NCBI GenBank assembly: GCA_034927595.1
Contig: JAYFPQ010000017.1
Span: forward strand, 100,544-164,543
Origin: Christensenella sp.
Lineage (GTDB): Bacteria; Bacillota; Clostridia; Christensenellales; CAG-138
Length of the DNA stretch: 64,000 nt
Direction of reading: 5' to 3'
Position numbers and translations under genes: made by a program. Below the pieces are notes generated by a model that was not told where the DNA came from, did no database searches, and saw only the letters and a list, made by a program, of their open reading frames with translations. Shown here in pieces: positions 53,350-62,650 of the stretch (the first letter of the stretch is position 1; each line of letters begins with the position of its first letter).

Positions 53350-54822
53350 ATGAAGGCAATACAGATTGGCTGGGCACAAATCGACCTCACCCCGGATCGT
53401 CCGGTCTGGATGATCGGGCAGATGTATCACCGCGTTTCGGAGTATGTTCGCGACCCGATCACCGCAACCGCGCTCGTGCTCGACAACGGCGAAGCGCAGG
53501 CGGCGTTCGTTTCGCTCGATATGACGGAAGTCCCGCTGCATGCGATGGAACTATTGAAAGAAAAGCTTCGTTCGCTGACCGACCTGGATTTCGACTGCAT
53601 CTCCTTTGGCGTGACGCATACGCACAATTCGACGGACTTTTTCGAGGACTTCATGCGCCTCGACAACGAGTGCGTGTTTGGCAGCGACATTCTGCCGGAG
53701 CTTGAGTTTCCGCAAAACGTGCTGCGCGGCGCGGAAGCGCAGGCGTATCTCGTGGACAAGCTGGCCGACTTGATTTCCCGCGCCTGGACGAGCCGAAAAC
53801 CCGGCGGTGTCAGCGCGACGCATGAGTACGCCGCGGTGAGCTTTTCCCGCCGCGCGGTGTTTCGCCGCGAAGACGGGGAAGAGACCGTGATGTACGGCGA
53901 CTGCTCGGACGAGAACTTTCTCCGCTTTGAGCCGGGCGGCGATAGCGCGATGGAACTGCTCTACACGTGGGATCTAAACGGCGCTCTGACCGGCGTTGCG
54001 ATCAACGTGCCCTGCCCTTCTCAGGTGTTTGAGCTGCACCGGTTTTTGTCCGCGGACTACTGGGGCTTTGTGCGAAGCGATCTCAAGCAGCCGCTGGGCG
54101 ACGTGTTTGTGCTGCCGTTCTGCGGCGCGGCGGGCGATCTTTCGCCAATCGACCTTGTGCAAATCAGCAAGCACAACCATGAGGAGCTCCGCCTTTGGGG
54201 CGGGCAGGCGCAGGAAGTGCAGCGTAACTTCGACATGGAGGCCATCTGCGCGGGCATTTCAGCCCGCATCACGGAGGCCGTGCTACGCGGGCTGCGATCT
54301 GCAAAAGAGAGCATCGACTACGCCCCCGCGCTGGCGCATGAACGCCTGGAACTCGCGCTACCGCTCCGGCTGGTGTCGCGGGAGGACTACGAAGCGTCCG
54401 CGGCGGAGGTCGCGCGCATACAGTCCGCCTTTTCGCGGGAACATCGCATGACTACGCAGGACGTGGTTCGCGCGTTTGAGCCGCAAGGCGATGTGCTGCG
54501 CTGGCGGATGCAGCAGGAGACGACTACGTTTCCCTGCGTGAGCCACGTGGTTCGAATTGGGGACGTCGCCATTGCAACAAATCCATTTGAGCTCTTCAGC
54601 GAGTTTGCGCAGCGCATGAAGGCGCGCGCCCTGCCGGATCAACTCTTCGTCGTGCAGCTGTCCAACGGCATCGGCGGATACCTGCCCTCCAGCTCCGGTG
54701 TGCGCGGCGGCAGCTACAGCAGCAAACCGGCGTCCACGTTCTGCGGGCCGGAAGGCGGCGATGTGCTCGTGGAGCAGACGATCGAAGCGGTGAACCGCAT
54801 GTTTGCCGACCGGCGTGATTGA
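53350..54822 (+). CDS. Protein of unknown function with neutral/alkaline-ceramidase-like N-terminal fold
   Basis: 490 aa from ATG 53350. IDLTPDRPVWMIGQ, ISFGVTHTHNS and FCGAAGDLSP resemble the metal-binding motifs of the non-lysosomal ceramidase family. The assignment is tentative. Confidence 0.4.
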   Translation: MKAIQIGWAQIDLTPDRPVWMIGQMYHRVSEYVRDPITATALVLDNGEAQAAFVSLDMTEVPLHAMELLKEKLRSLTDLDFDCISFGVTHTHNSTDFFEDFMRLDNECVFGSDILPELEFPQNVLRGAEAQAYLVDKLADLISRAWTSRKPGGVSATHEYAAVSFSRRAVFRREDGEETVMYGDCSDENFLRFEPGGDSAMELLYTWDLNGALTGVAINVPCPSQVFELHRFLSADYWGFVRSDLKQPLGDVFVLPFCGAAGDLSPIDLVQISKHNHEELRLWGGQAQEVQRNFDMEAICAGISARITEAVLRGLRSAKESIDYAPALAHERLELALPLRLVSREDYEASAAEVARIQSAFSREHRMTTQDVVRAFEPQGDVLRWRMQQETTTFPCVSHVVRIGDVAIATNPFELFSEFAQRMKARALPDQLFVVQLSNGIGGYLPSSSGVRGGSYSSKPASTFCGPEGGDVLVEQTIEAVNRMFADRRD

Positions 54823-54846
54823 TTGAGGAACAAACGAAAGAAGCGC

Positions 54847-54880
54847 AACAAAGGCCATCCAAATGGATGGCCTTGTTTGT
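54847..54880. terminator. Bidirectional intrinsic terminator
   Basis: AAGGCCATCCA / TGGATGGCCTT perfect inverted repeat, with T-rich sequence following on both strands. Confidence 0.75.
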
Positions 54881-54919
54881 TACTGAGATAAAGATCGCTC
54901 ATGTTATATTGACGGAACG

Positions 54920-56374
54920 TTACGAATAATAGACCGCTAGCTTGTCCCAACAATCGCGATAGCGCGCATACTTCTCGCGATAATACGCTGCTCGTTCGGG
55001 CGAAGGGGTCAGCGTATCGGCGCGGTGCACCATCGCCGTTGCGGCGGTGGAGTAGTCGGGATGCGCGCCCGCACCGCAGGCGGCGATCATCGCCGCGCCG
55101 AGTGCGCAGGCGTCCGTCTCGCGCAGGAGCTGAACGGGGGTGTTCGTGATGTCGCAGATCAGCTCCGTCCAAAGCGGGCTGCGGGAAGCGCCGCCGAGTA
55201 CCTTGAGCTCGCCGATGCTGCAACCGTTTACCGCAAAGTCCTCCAGCGCGCGTCGCACGCCGAAGGCCGCGCCTTCCATAATCGCGCGGGCGTAATCGAA
55301 CCGGTCGTGGTTGAGGTTGGAGCCGATGAACGCGGCCTGCGCGTTGGTGTTCCAAATCGGGTACGCCGCGCCCAGCGGGTAGGGGTAGTAAAACAGATCG
55401 CCGATCTCGCGGCTCTGCGCCTGAAGATCCAGCTCCGCAAAACCAACTTCCGGCAGGAACTTGTTTCGGTACCATTCCAACGAAACGCCCGTTCCGGAGA
55501 GCGATGCCATCGCGCCGAACAGCCCTGGCACCGGGTGGATCGATGGTGCAAGAAAAGAATCCGAATAGAGCAGTTTTTCGCCGAGGCCCAGAATCACCCA
55601 GGTGGTTCCGGCGGAGAGGAGCATATCCCCCGCGTGTATCGCGGCGGCGCCAAGGGAGGCGCAATACTGGTCGTGCGCGCCGTTGAACACCGGCGTCCCT
55701 TCCGGCAAACCCAGCTCCAGCGCGGCGGCTTTCGTGAGTCTGCCGACCAGCGATCCGGTGGGTTGAATCTCCGGCAGCTGCTCCGGCGTGATGCCGAGCG
55801 CTTCCAGCATGCGCGGGTCCCAGCGGGCGGTTCGAATGTCCATCAACTGGCGAATGGCCGCGTTGGTCGGGTCGATGACTGCGCGTCCGGTCAGGTATTC
55901 GTGGACGATTTCAATCGTGCTCAGGTAGCGGCAGCCCGGCTGATCCAGTCCCGCACGGCGCAGATGCAGAATCTTTGCCGCGTCGAGCGTTGGAAAGATG
56001 CGCCAGCCACACATGTGGTACACATACTCGTTGCCGAGCAGCTGTTCCAGTTCCGCTGCTTCGGCGCGCGCGCGGGAGTCCATCCAGGTGATCGCGTTGC
56101 CAATTGGCTTGCCGGAGGCGTCGACCATCGCCATGCTCGCGCCCTGCGTGGAAAGCGCGATGGCGGACACACTTTTTTGCTCGTTTCCGGCCATCGCTTC
56201 GCGAATGGCGGCCTTGCTGGCGACTATCCAGTCGTTTGCATCCTGCTCCACGTGGTTATCCTGCGTGGAAAGAGAGTATCCCTGGTATCCCTTTCCGGCG
56301 ACGACGCCGGTGCTGGTTTCGACCAGCAGGGCTTTCGTTCCCGTCGTTCCGATGTCCAGTCCGATGACATACAT
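54920..56374 (-). CDS. FGGY-family carbohydrate kinase (xylulokinase/gluconokinase-like)
   Basis: 484 aa from ATG 56374 behind GGGAGA. MYVIGLDIGTTGTKALLV, NAITWMDSRA and GGASRSPLWTELICD. Confidence 0.88.
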   Translation of the reverse strand: MYVIGLDIGTTGTKALLVETSTGVVAGKGYQGYSLSTQDNHVEQDANDWIVASKAAIREAMAGNEQKSVSAIALSTQGASMAMVDASGKPIGNAITWMDSRARAEAAELEQLLGNEYVYHMCGWRIFPTLDAAKILHLRRAGLDQPGCRYLSTIEIVHEYLTGRAVIDPTNAAIRQLMDIRTARWDPRMLEALGITPEQLPEIQPTGSLVGRLTKAAALELGLPEGTPVFNGAHDQYCASLGAAAIHAGDMLLSAGTTWVILGLGEKLLYSDSFLAPSIHPVPGLFGAMASLSGTGVSLEWYRNKFLPEVGFAELDLQAQSREIGDLFYYPYPLGAAYPIWNTNAQAAFIGSNLNHDRFDYARAIMEGAAFGVRRALEDFAVNGCSIGELKVLGGASRSPLWTELICDITNTPVQLLRETDACALGAAMIAACGAGAHPDYSTAATAMVHRADTLTPSPERAAYYREKYARYRDCWDKLAVYYS

Positions 56375-56387
56375 AACGAATTCTCCC

Positions 56388-57407
56388 TTATGCGTTGGTA
56401 GAAACGAGCGCCTGCGCCGCCGCGCCTTCGGAAACGCCGAGCGTAACTTGATAGGTAACGCTTTCGTATGCGCCGAGTAAGAACGCATTGTGCTCTGCGA
56501 GGTCGGTTTCGCGGTCGTGGGCGGGGCAGTTGGCGGGCTCAATTGCGAGCACGTAGTCGTGCGATTTGAGACACTTCCATTCGAGCAGGTAGGGCAGCGA
56601 CGTGGTGTCGTACCGTAAATACGCCGAGAGTTGCAGCTTTGGCTGATACAGACCGGCGGTTACGACTCCCTTCGCATGCGGAACGTGGCAGAAGGTCTGC
56701 TGCGGCAACCCGTCCACGGGCGCGTGCATATGATGATGGTCGGTGTCGCCGCTTTTGCTATAGTCGCTCGTGTCCGCGTTGGGCCCAAAGTAGAGCGCGT
56801 CCTCGTCCAGCAGCGGATAACCGAAGTTGAAGTGATACAGCAGGAAGACGGGTTCCGGCGCATCGGTCAAGTTGGTGATCGTGTCCGTGATCGTGACTTC
56901 GCTGGCATTCAGCGAGGTTTCAATCTGGCGCCGAAGTTCGAGCGAGCGCCCGTACAGGCGGCTTTCGCGCACCACGCCGGAGAGACGGAGCACATAGTCG
57001 TCGCCCTCCCAACGCACATCCGAACCGAACTGCTCCGCCGCGCGGCTGCCGATTCTGCCGTGAATCGGAAAAACGTTCAGTTTGTCGGCCTGTGCCGCAC
57101 CGCCGACGTTGTCCAGCCCGCAGGTGGCGAGCATGCCGCCGCGCCAGTCGCTGAAGAACTCGCCGGTCAGCGGCAGGAACGCACTCGCACCAAGCCCGTT
57201 CTTTGAATGAAACGCGAGATTGATTCCTTTGTAGGAAAAATCGTACAGGTCAAGACAGCGATCCGGTGTCACGGAAAAGTTTAGCCCCGCCGCGTTCCAG
57301 ACACGGGCAATGCGCATGCCCGCGCCGTTGCCTTCCTCCAGCCGCTCCAGACGGACGCCCGCCAGTTGATCAATGTTGCCGAGGTGCTTGAAAAGCGCTT
57401 TGTTCAT
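56388..57407 (-). CDS. Aldose-1-epimerase-like protein (DUF4432 / mutarotase fold)
   Basis: 339 aa. The beta-sandwich pattern ..RIARVWNAAGLNFSVTPDRCLDLYDFSYKGINLAF..GGMLATCGLDNVG..PIHGRI matches the DUF4432 family as I recall it. Confidence 0.6.
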   Translation of the reverse strand: MNKALFKHLGNIDQLAGVRLERLEEGNGAGMRIARVWNAAGLNFSVTPDRCLDLYDFSYKGINLAFHSKNGLGASAFLPLTGEFFSDWRGGMLATCGLDNVGGAAQADKLNVFPIHGRIGSRAAEQFGSDVRWEGDDYVLRLSGVVRESRLYGRSLELRRQIETSLNASEVTITDTITNLTDAPEPVFLLYHFNFGYPLLDEDALYFGPNADTSDYSKSGDTDHHHMHAPVDGLPQQTFCHVPHAKGVVTAGLYQPKLQLSAYLRYDTTSLPYLLEWKCLKSHDYVLAIEPANCPAHDRETDLAEHNAFLLGAYESVTYQVTLGVSEGAAAQALVSTNA

Positions 57408-58438
57408 AGGCGGACACCGCCTCGTTGCGTATCGAAGTAGACTTCTTTCGCGTTCTCAAAGAAGACTGCGTTCTTCTTTGCCTCGTCGTTGCCGATGAGG
57501 TCGAGCATGTTTTTGAGCTGCTCGTAGACAAAGAAGGTGTAACCGCTCTCGTCTTCGGGGTAATGGTGCTTGTTCCAGCTGAAGTTTTCGCGGCAGAGAT
57601 TGACATAGGTGCCATTCTTCCACTCACGCTTGCCATGCCAGAGCAGAATCGGAAAATCCGTGCCAAAAAGAATCTTGTGATAGTCCAGCTCGGCGAGCGC
57701 GAGCCGATGCACCGCGGGATTGAGCACCGCCGCGGTATCGAACCAGACGCGGTGGATATCCTCGCCCAGCGCAACAAGCGCCTGCTCGAAATACTCTACA
57801 TTGAAGCAGCGGCCAAAGTGCGCGATGACGAGCTTGACGTTCGGATAACGATCCAGAATTGTCCGAATTTCGGAGACGTTCTCCGGCGCGGGCAGGCGTC
57901 CCGTGCGGGGAAGATGCATGAGCACCGGAACGTGGAGTTTGTTTGCCAACGCGAATTGCTCGTGCGTCATAAAGTCGAATATGCTGACCTCCGCGCCCTT
58001 GACCGCGCTCGCCATATACGGATACGGCTTAAAGCCGGAGAAGCCGCCTTCGACGAAGGTCTTCTCAATCGTCGCCGCGTCAAATTCCGGGCGAATGGTC
58101 ATGAGCGCGCAGACGTGCGGAAACTTCGAGATGCGGGCGACATAGTCGTTGTTGGCAACGGTATCCGCCTCGCGCAGCGGCCAGGGCAGCGCGACATGAT
58201 GCACCACGGTGTCTGGAAACAGTGTTTTATCATACGCACAGGCGTCCTCATAACTCATTAGGAGGCCGCATTCCAGCGCCCAGTCGCCCGCAATCGTTTC
58301 TTTTGTGATGCGGCTGACGTGCTCGGGCAGGTTGAAATGCGCATGCGCGTCAATCATAACGCGCGGCAGGCGCGGCAGCAGGTGCTCGGCGTAGAATGCC
58401 TCGTCCTGCTCGGTTCGATGAAAATATTCGTACATCAT
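57404..58438 (-). CDS. Metal-dependent TIM-barrel hydrolase (amidohydrolase_2 family)
   Basis: 344 aa from ATG 58438. VMIDAHAHFNLPEH metal-binding motif, ..VLMHLP.., ..VIAHFG.., ..FGTDFP... Confidence 0.75.
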   Translation of the reverse strand: MMYEYFHRTEQDEAFYAEHLLPRLPRVMIDAHAHFNLPEHVSRITKETIAGDWALECGLLMSYEDACAYDKTLFPDTVVHHVALPWPLREADTVANNDYVARISKFPHVCALMTIRPEFDAATIEKTFVEGGFSGFKPYPYMASAVKGAEVSIFDFMTHEQFALANKLHVPVLMHLPRTGRLPAPENVSEIRTILDRYPNVKLVIAHFGRCFNVEYFEQALVALGEDIHRVWFDTAAVLNPAVHRLALAELDYHKILFGTDFPILLWHGKREWKNGTYVNLCRENFSWNKHHYPEDESGYTFFVYEQLKNMLDLIGNDEAKKNAVFFENAKEVYFDTQRGGVRL

Positions 58439-58475
58439 ACACGGGGCCTTTCTGTGCACTTTACTGCTAATAAAA

Positions 58476-58490
58476 GTGCACGAGGTGCAT
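58476..58490. promoter_or_regulatory. Operator candidate O1: GTGCAC-GAG-GTGCAT
   Basis: The 15-mer AGTGCACGAGGTGCA is identical to the site at 58651. It lies 38 nt upstream of the minus-strand amidohydrolase start. Confidence 0.5.
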
Positions 58491-58573
58491 ATTTGGTTGA
58501 TTTATCTTGCCTGTTTCTTATTGTACGTGCCCGAAAATGAGATGTCAACCCGCAAATAATCTGAAAAATTCTG

Positions 58574-58602
58574 TTGACAGTGCAGATTCGGGTGCATATA
58601 AT
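58574..58602 (+). promoter_or_regulatory. Consensus sigma-A promoter of the LacI/ABC operon 2
   Basis: TTGACA (58574-58579), exactly 17 nt, TATAAT (58597-58602). The spacer itself reads GTGCAGATTCGGGTGCA, a third GTGCA-type site. Confidence 0.7.
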
Positions 58603-58651
58603 AGGGCCATCAAGGCAAATTCAAAGGGTTTCCCGCATACAAGTCTAAATA

Positions 58652-58666
58652 GTGCACGAGGTGCAC
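58652..58666. promoter_or_regulatory. Operator candidate O3: GTGCAC-GAG-GTGCAC
   Basis: Perfect dyad about 50 nt downstream of the -10 box, inside the ~210-nt leader. Confidence 0.5.
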
Positions 58667-58816
58667 GTTACCAAACAAAATGCACACTTATCTGCTTCTA
58701 CGTGACTCGAAACGACGAGCCACAATCATATGCGAAACTTCCGATACAAACAGCGAAGCATCTGCTTACTAGATAGTCGCAAAAGCGAAATAGAAACAAA
58801 CAGACCATAAGGAAAT

Positions 58817-59854
58817 ATGCAACGAATGGATAAAGCAAAGCGTGTCACGTTAATGGACGTTGCGGAGAAATCCGGCTATGCGCTGCGCACCGTAAAAAAG
58901 GTGATGGCGGGCGAACCGGTGTACGAGCGCACCCGCAGCGCGGTACTGCATGCGGCGCGTGAGCTGGACTATCAGAAGAACCATGTTGCCAGCGTCTTGG
59001 CAAAGGCAAAGGACAGCAAGGTCGTCGTCATCTATTCGGAAACGACAAAGGCGTACTTTCCGGAGGTCGAGCGTGGGTTTCGCCGGTTTGCGGACGACTA
59101 CCGCGCATATGGGCTTCAGCTCGAAATTCGCAAGTGCTACACCAAGCAAGTTGCGGAGCAGGAGGAAGCCATTCGCGGGGTCATTGCGGACGGTTCGGTC
59201 AGCGGGCTGATCATTCAGCCGCAGAGTGCAACCAAGCTCAACACCCTGCTTGAGGAGTTCGCCTGCAGCGGAAGGCCGTTCGTCACCTTTGGCGCGGACG
59301 CGGTCACGGAGAAGAAACTCTGCTACGTCGGCCCGAACGCCTACAAAGCGGGACGCATCGGCAGCCAGATTCTGGCGAACTACATCGGTAAAAAGGGCAA
59401 TGTGTTCACGATCAATCAGGGCAACGAGCACATGCAGACCAAGGAACGCAAGCGCGGCTTTCTCGACATGATCAAGGAGTTCTATCCGGACATTCACCCG
59501 TTTGAGCTGAACATTCCCGATAACTCCAACCTCTATTACGAAATGGTCAAGGCCGCAATTGCGGACGACGACCTCAGGGGACTGTTCTGCACGGACGCGG
59601 ACAGCTATATTGCCGGAGAAGTGCTGCGGGATCTTGGGCGAAAGGATATCGTCGTCGTCGGATTCGACCTGTCGGAGATGGGCGTTCGGCTGATGAAGGA
59701 CGGGTACCTGAAGGTGATGATTGAGCAGCGACCGGAGCTGTTTTCCTACCAGGCGGCAAGGGTCATGTTCAACTACCTCTATTATAACGAGATTCCGGAA
59801 AAGATGCAGTATTCGGAGCTCGCGATCATTACGAGCGAATGCCTGCAGGGTTAA
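58817..59854 (+). CDS. LacI-family transcriptional regulator
   Basis: 345 aa. HTH VTLMDVAEKSGYALRTVKKVMAG plus a PBP1-like effector domain. Confidence 0.88.
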   Translation: MQRMDKAKRVTLMDVAEKSGYALRTVKKVMAGEPVYERTRSAVLHAARELDYQKNHVASVLAKAKDSKVVVIYSETTKAYFPEVERGFRRFADDYRAYGLQLEIRKCYTKQVAEQEEAIRGVIADGSVSGLIIQPQSATKLNTLLEEFACSGRPFVTFGADAVTEKKLCYVGPNAYKAGRIGSQILANYIGKKGNVFTINQGNEHMQTKERKRGFLDMIKEFYPDIHPFELNIPDNSNLYYEMVKAAIADDDLRGLFCTDADSYIAGEVLRDLGRKDIVVVGFDLSEMGVRLMKDGYLKVMIEQRPELFSYQAARVMFNYLYYNEIPEKMQYSELAIITSECLQG

Positions 59855-59907
59855 TAAAGAACGATAACTCCTCGACAAACCGGTAACGGTTTGGACGGAG
59901 TTGAATA

Positions 59908-60915
59908 GTGAGAGAGGATACTACGGTGGAAAAAACAGCTATGCAACCCAAGAATTCGGTTTCCAGTGTGCTTCGGAAGATTCTTCAGACTCGCGAACTG
60001 TCCCTTGCCGTTTTGCTTGTCATCATCATCATCGCCTTGACGTCTTCGACGTCCACCTTTGCAACAACGGGCAATATTCGCGTGCTGCTGCAGGGCATGA
60101 GCGTGGATATGATGATTGCGATCCCGATGGCGATTTCGCTGATCGCGGGCAACATCGACTTCTCGGTCGGTTCCAACCTCTGTCTGTCCAGCGCGATTGT
60201 CGGCCTTTCGCTCAATGCGGGCATTCCCGCGTGGCTGGCGATTCTAATCGGTCTTGCGTCCGGCGCCGCGTTTGGCGCGCTCAACGGCGTCATCATCAAC
60301 AAGCTCGGCGTAACGCCATTGGTTGCGACGCTCGGAACCTGGATGGCATATCGCGGTATCGCGCTCGTCATCATTGGCGGGCAGACGCTCGGCAACTTCG
60401 GCGAGAGCTTCACCATCGTGGGCCGCGCAACCTGGCTCGGCGTTCCGTCGACCATCGTCTACATGTTTGCGATCATCATCGTCGGCATTTTCATCGTCAA
60501 GTACACGAGCTTCTTCCACAATGCCTACCTGATTGGTTCCAACAAGCTTTCCGCAAAGCTGGCAGGCATCAACATTGAGAAGTTTGTTTATATCTCCTAT
60601 ATGATCACCGGCGCGGTCGCCGCGTTCGCCGGAATTGTGCTCGCTGCCCGGCTCGGCAGCAGCAGTCAGAACGCAGGCACGCAGCTGGAGTTTCGAAACG
60701 TCGTTGGCCTGCTCGTCGGCGGCATCTCGATGGACGGCGGCGAAGGCAAGCTTATTGGCGCGGTACTCGGTGTTACGCTGATGCAGTTGATCAACAACGC
60801 AATCGTGCTGTTGTACCTCAACCCCAGCTATACGCAGGTGATTACCGGCACCATCCTCGTGCTCGCGGTTGCGATTGACCAGCTGAGCAAGCGGCGCAAA
60901 GTAGCCGCGAAGTAA
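59908..60915 (+). CDS. Sugar ABC transporter permease (RbsC type)
   Basis: 335 aa, GTG start behind GGACGGAG. MSVDMMIAIPMAISLIAGNIDFSVGSN and GGISMDGGEGKLIGAVLG. Confidence 0.88.
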   Translation: MREDTTVEKTAMQPKNSVSSVLRKILQTRELSLAVLLVIIIIALTSSTSTFATTGNIRVLLQGMSVDMMIAIPMAISLIAGNIDFSVGSNLCLSSAIVGLSLNAGIPAWLAILIGLASGAAFGALNGVIINKLGVTPLVATLGTWMAYRGIALVIIGGQTLGNFGESFTIVGRATWLGVPSTIVYMFAIIIVGIFIVKYTSFFHNAYLIGSNKLSAKLAGINIEKFVYISYMITGAVAAFAGIVLAARLGSSSQNAGTQLEFRNVVGLLVGGISMDGGEGKLIGAVLGVTLMQLINNAIVLLYLNPSYTQVITGTILVLAVAIDQLSKRRKVAAK

Positions 60916-60952
60916 GCGAAACACTCAACCGACAAAGCGGAGGAATGGAAAG

Positions 60953-62455
60953 ATGAGTACAGCAATACGCCTATCGGGCATCACCAAGCGGTTCCCGGGC
61001 GTGGTCGCGTTAAAGAACGTAGGCTTTGAGATTCAAACCGGCGAAGTGCACTGTCTGGTCGGCGAAAACGGAGCGGGAAAATCCACGCTCATCAAGCTGC
61101 TCGCCGGCGTGGAACAGGCGGACGAAGGAACGATTGAACTCTTCGGCAAGCAGGTCTGCTTCCGTTCGCCGGAGGAAGCGCTCCGCGCGGGCGTTGGTGT
61201 TGTGTATCAGGAGCTTTCGAATTTCGTGCATCTGGACGTAGCGACCAACCTCAACGCGAACGACTTTCCCGAAAAGGGCGGCATGATCGACTACCGCGCG
61301 CTCTATCGCAGAACGCGCGAACAGCTCGACGACTGCGGGCTGAAGTACATCCACGAAAAGAGCATTATGCGCGAGCTCAGCCTCGGCACCCAGCAGATGG
61401 TGGAGATTGCGTCGCTGATTGGCCAGAAGGCGCGCATCGTGATTCTGGACGAACCGACCTCCGCGCTCACGGAGGTTGAGGTGGAAAAACTTTACGAACT
61501 GATCAAACGCATGAAGCAGCAGGGCGTGACGATTATCTACATTTCACATCGCCTAGACGAGGTGCTGCACCTTGCGGACACCATCACCGTGCTCAAGGAC
61601 GGCGAACACGTGATTACCTTCCCGCGCGACGAACACACCACAAAGCCGATGCTCGTTCGCTACATGGTCGGGCGCGATGTGGAGTTTGACTATCGCACCA
61701 GCCAGACGATGCAGAGCGAGGTGCTGCTCGACGTCAAGGGTGTTTGCAGTGGCGAAGCGCTGAAGAACATCGACTTCTCCCTGCACAAGGGCGAAATACT
61801 CGGCATTGCGGGACTGGAAGGCTCGGGACGTACGGAACTGCTGGAGACGCTCTTTGGCTGGCGCGCCGCAACAGCGGGGTCGATCCAGCTCGAAGGAAAG
61901 CCGCTTCGCGCGCACAATCCGATTCTGGCAAAGAAGCGCGGCTTGGCCTACATCACGAAGGACCGCAAAATGCTCGGCCTGTTTCTGAAGCAGGACGTCA
62001 AGACCAACATTGCCGCCGCGTCGGAGCAGCGCTACAAGCGCGCCGGACTCGTGAGCTATCGAAAGATCGCGGAGAACGCAAACCACTATGTGGATGCCAT
62101 GCGCATCAAGTGCGCATCGCTCGCCCAGCTCGTGATGAACCTCTCCGGCGGCAACCAGCAGAAGGTGCTGCTCTCCATGTGGCTCTCGGCGGACCCGAAG
62201 ATTCTGCTCATCGACGAACCGACGCGCGGCGTGGACGTTGGCGCGAAGGCGGAGATTCACGCGCTGTTGCGCGGAATCGCGGCGGAGGGCAAGGGCGTGC
62301 TGATGGTTTCTTCCGAACTGCCGGAGATCATGGCCGCGTGCGACCGCGTGATCGTTATGTTTGAAGGACGCATCACCGGAATTCTGGAGAACAACAAGCA
62401 ACTCTCGGAGGAGCGCCTCGTGTCGCTCGCCTCCGGCATGACGGAAGCCTGCTGA
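60953..62455 (+). CDS. Sugar ABC transporter ATP-binding protein (duplicated ABC domains)
   Basis: 500 aa. Walker A GENGAGKST, LSGGNQQKV, LLIDEPTRGVD. Confidence 0.93.
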   Translation: MSTAIRLSGITKRFPGVVALKNVGFEIQTGEVHCLVGENGAGKSTLIKLLAGVEQADEGTIELFGKQVCFRSPEEALRAGVGVVYQELSNFVHLDVATNLNANDFPEKGGMIDYRALYRRTREQLDDCGLKYIHEKSIMRELSLGTQQMVEIASLIGQKARIVILDEPTSALTEVEVEKLYELIKRMKQQGVTIIYISHRLDEVLHLADTITVLKDGEHVITFPRDEHTTKPMLVRYMVGRDVEFDYRTSQTMQSEVLLDVKGVCSGEALKNIDFSLHKGEILGIAGLEGSGRTELLETLFGWRAATAGSIQLEGKPLRAHNPILAKKRGLAYITKDRKMLGLFLKQDVKTNIAAASEQRYKRAGLVSYRKIAENANHYVDAMRIKCASLAQLVMNLSGGNQQKVLLSMWLSADPKILLIDEPTRGVDVGAKAEIHALLRGIAAEGKGVLMVSSELPEIMAACDRVIVMFEGRITGILENNKQLSEERLVSLASGMTEAC

Positions 62456-62606
62456 GGCTTCCGAGGAACAAGTAGAACAAACCACAACAAAATAGCGAAT
62501 AGATTGTTAGCGAAAAAACGAGTTTTCGCCAGGTGTGTTTCTTGTTGTCTGAAATCCTTAAAAAACAGTTAATTACAGGTAATCCTAAATCAATATGTTT
62601 TTCAAG

Positions 62607-62627
62607 ATTTCCTTTTCAAAAGGAAAT
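62607..62627. promoter_or_regulatory. Perfect 10+1+10 palindrome ATTTCCTTTT-C-AAAAGGAAAT in the AT-rich spacer before the binding-protein gene
   Basis: Read directly. Located 24 nt upstream of ATG 62651, immediately before the AAGGAGG SD. Confidence 0.4.
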
Positions 62628-62650
62628 ATATCAATAAGGAGGAAATACGA

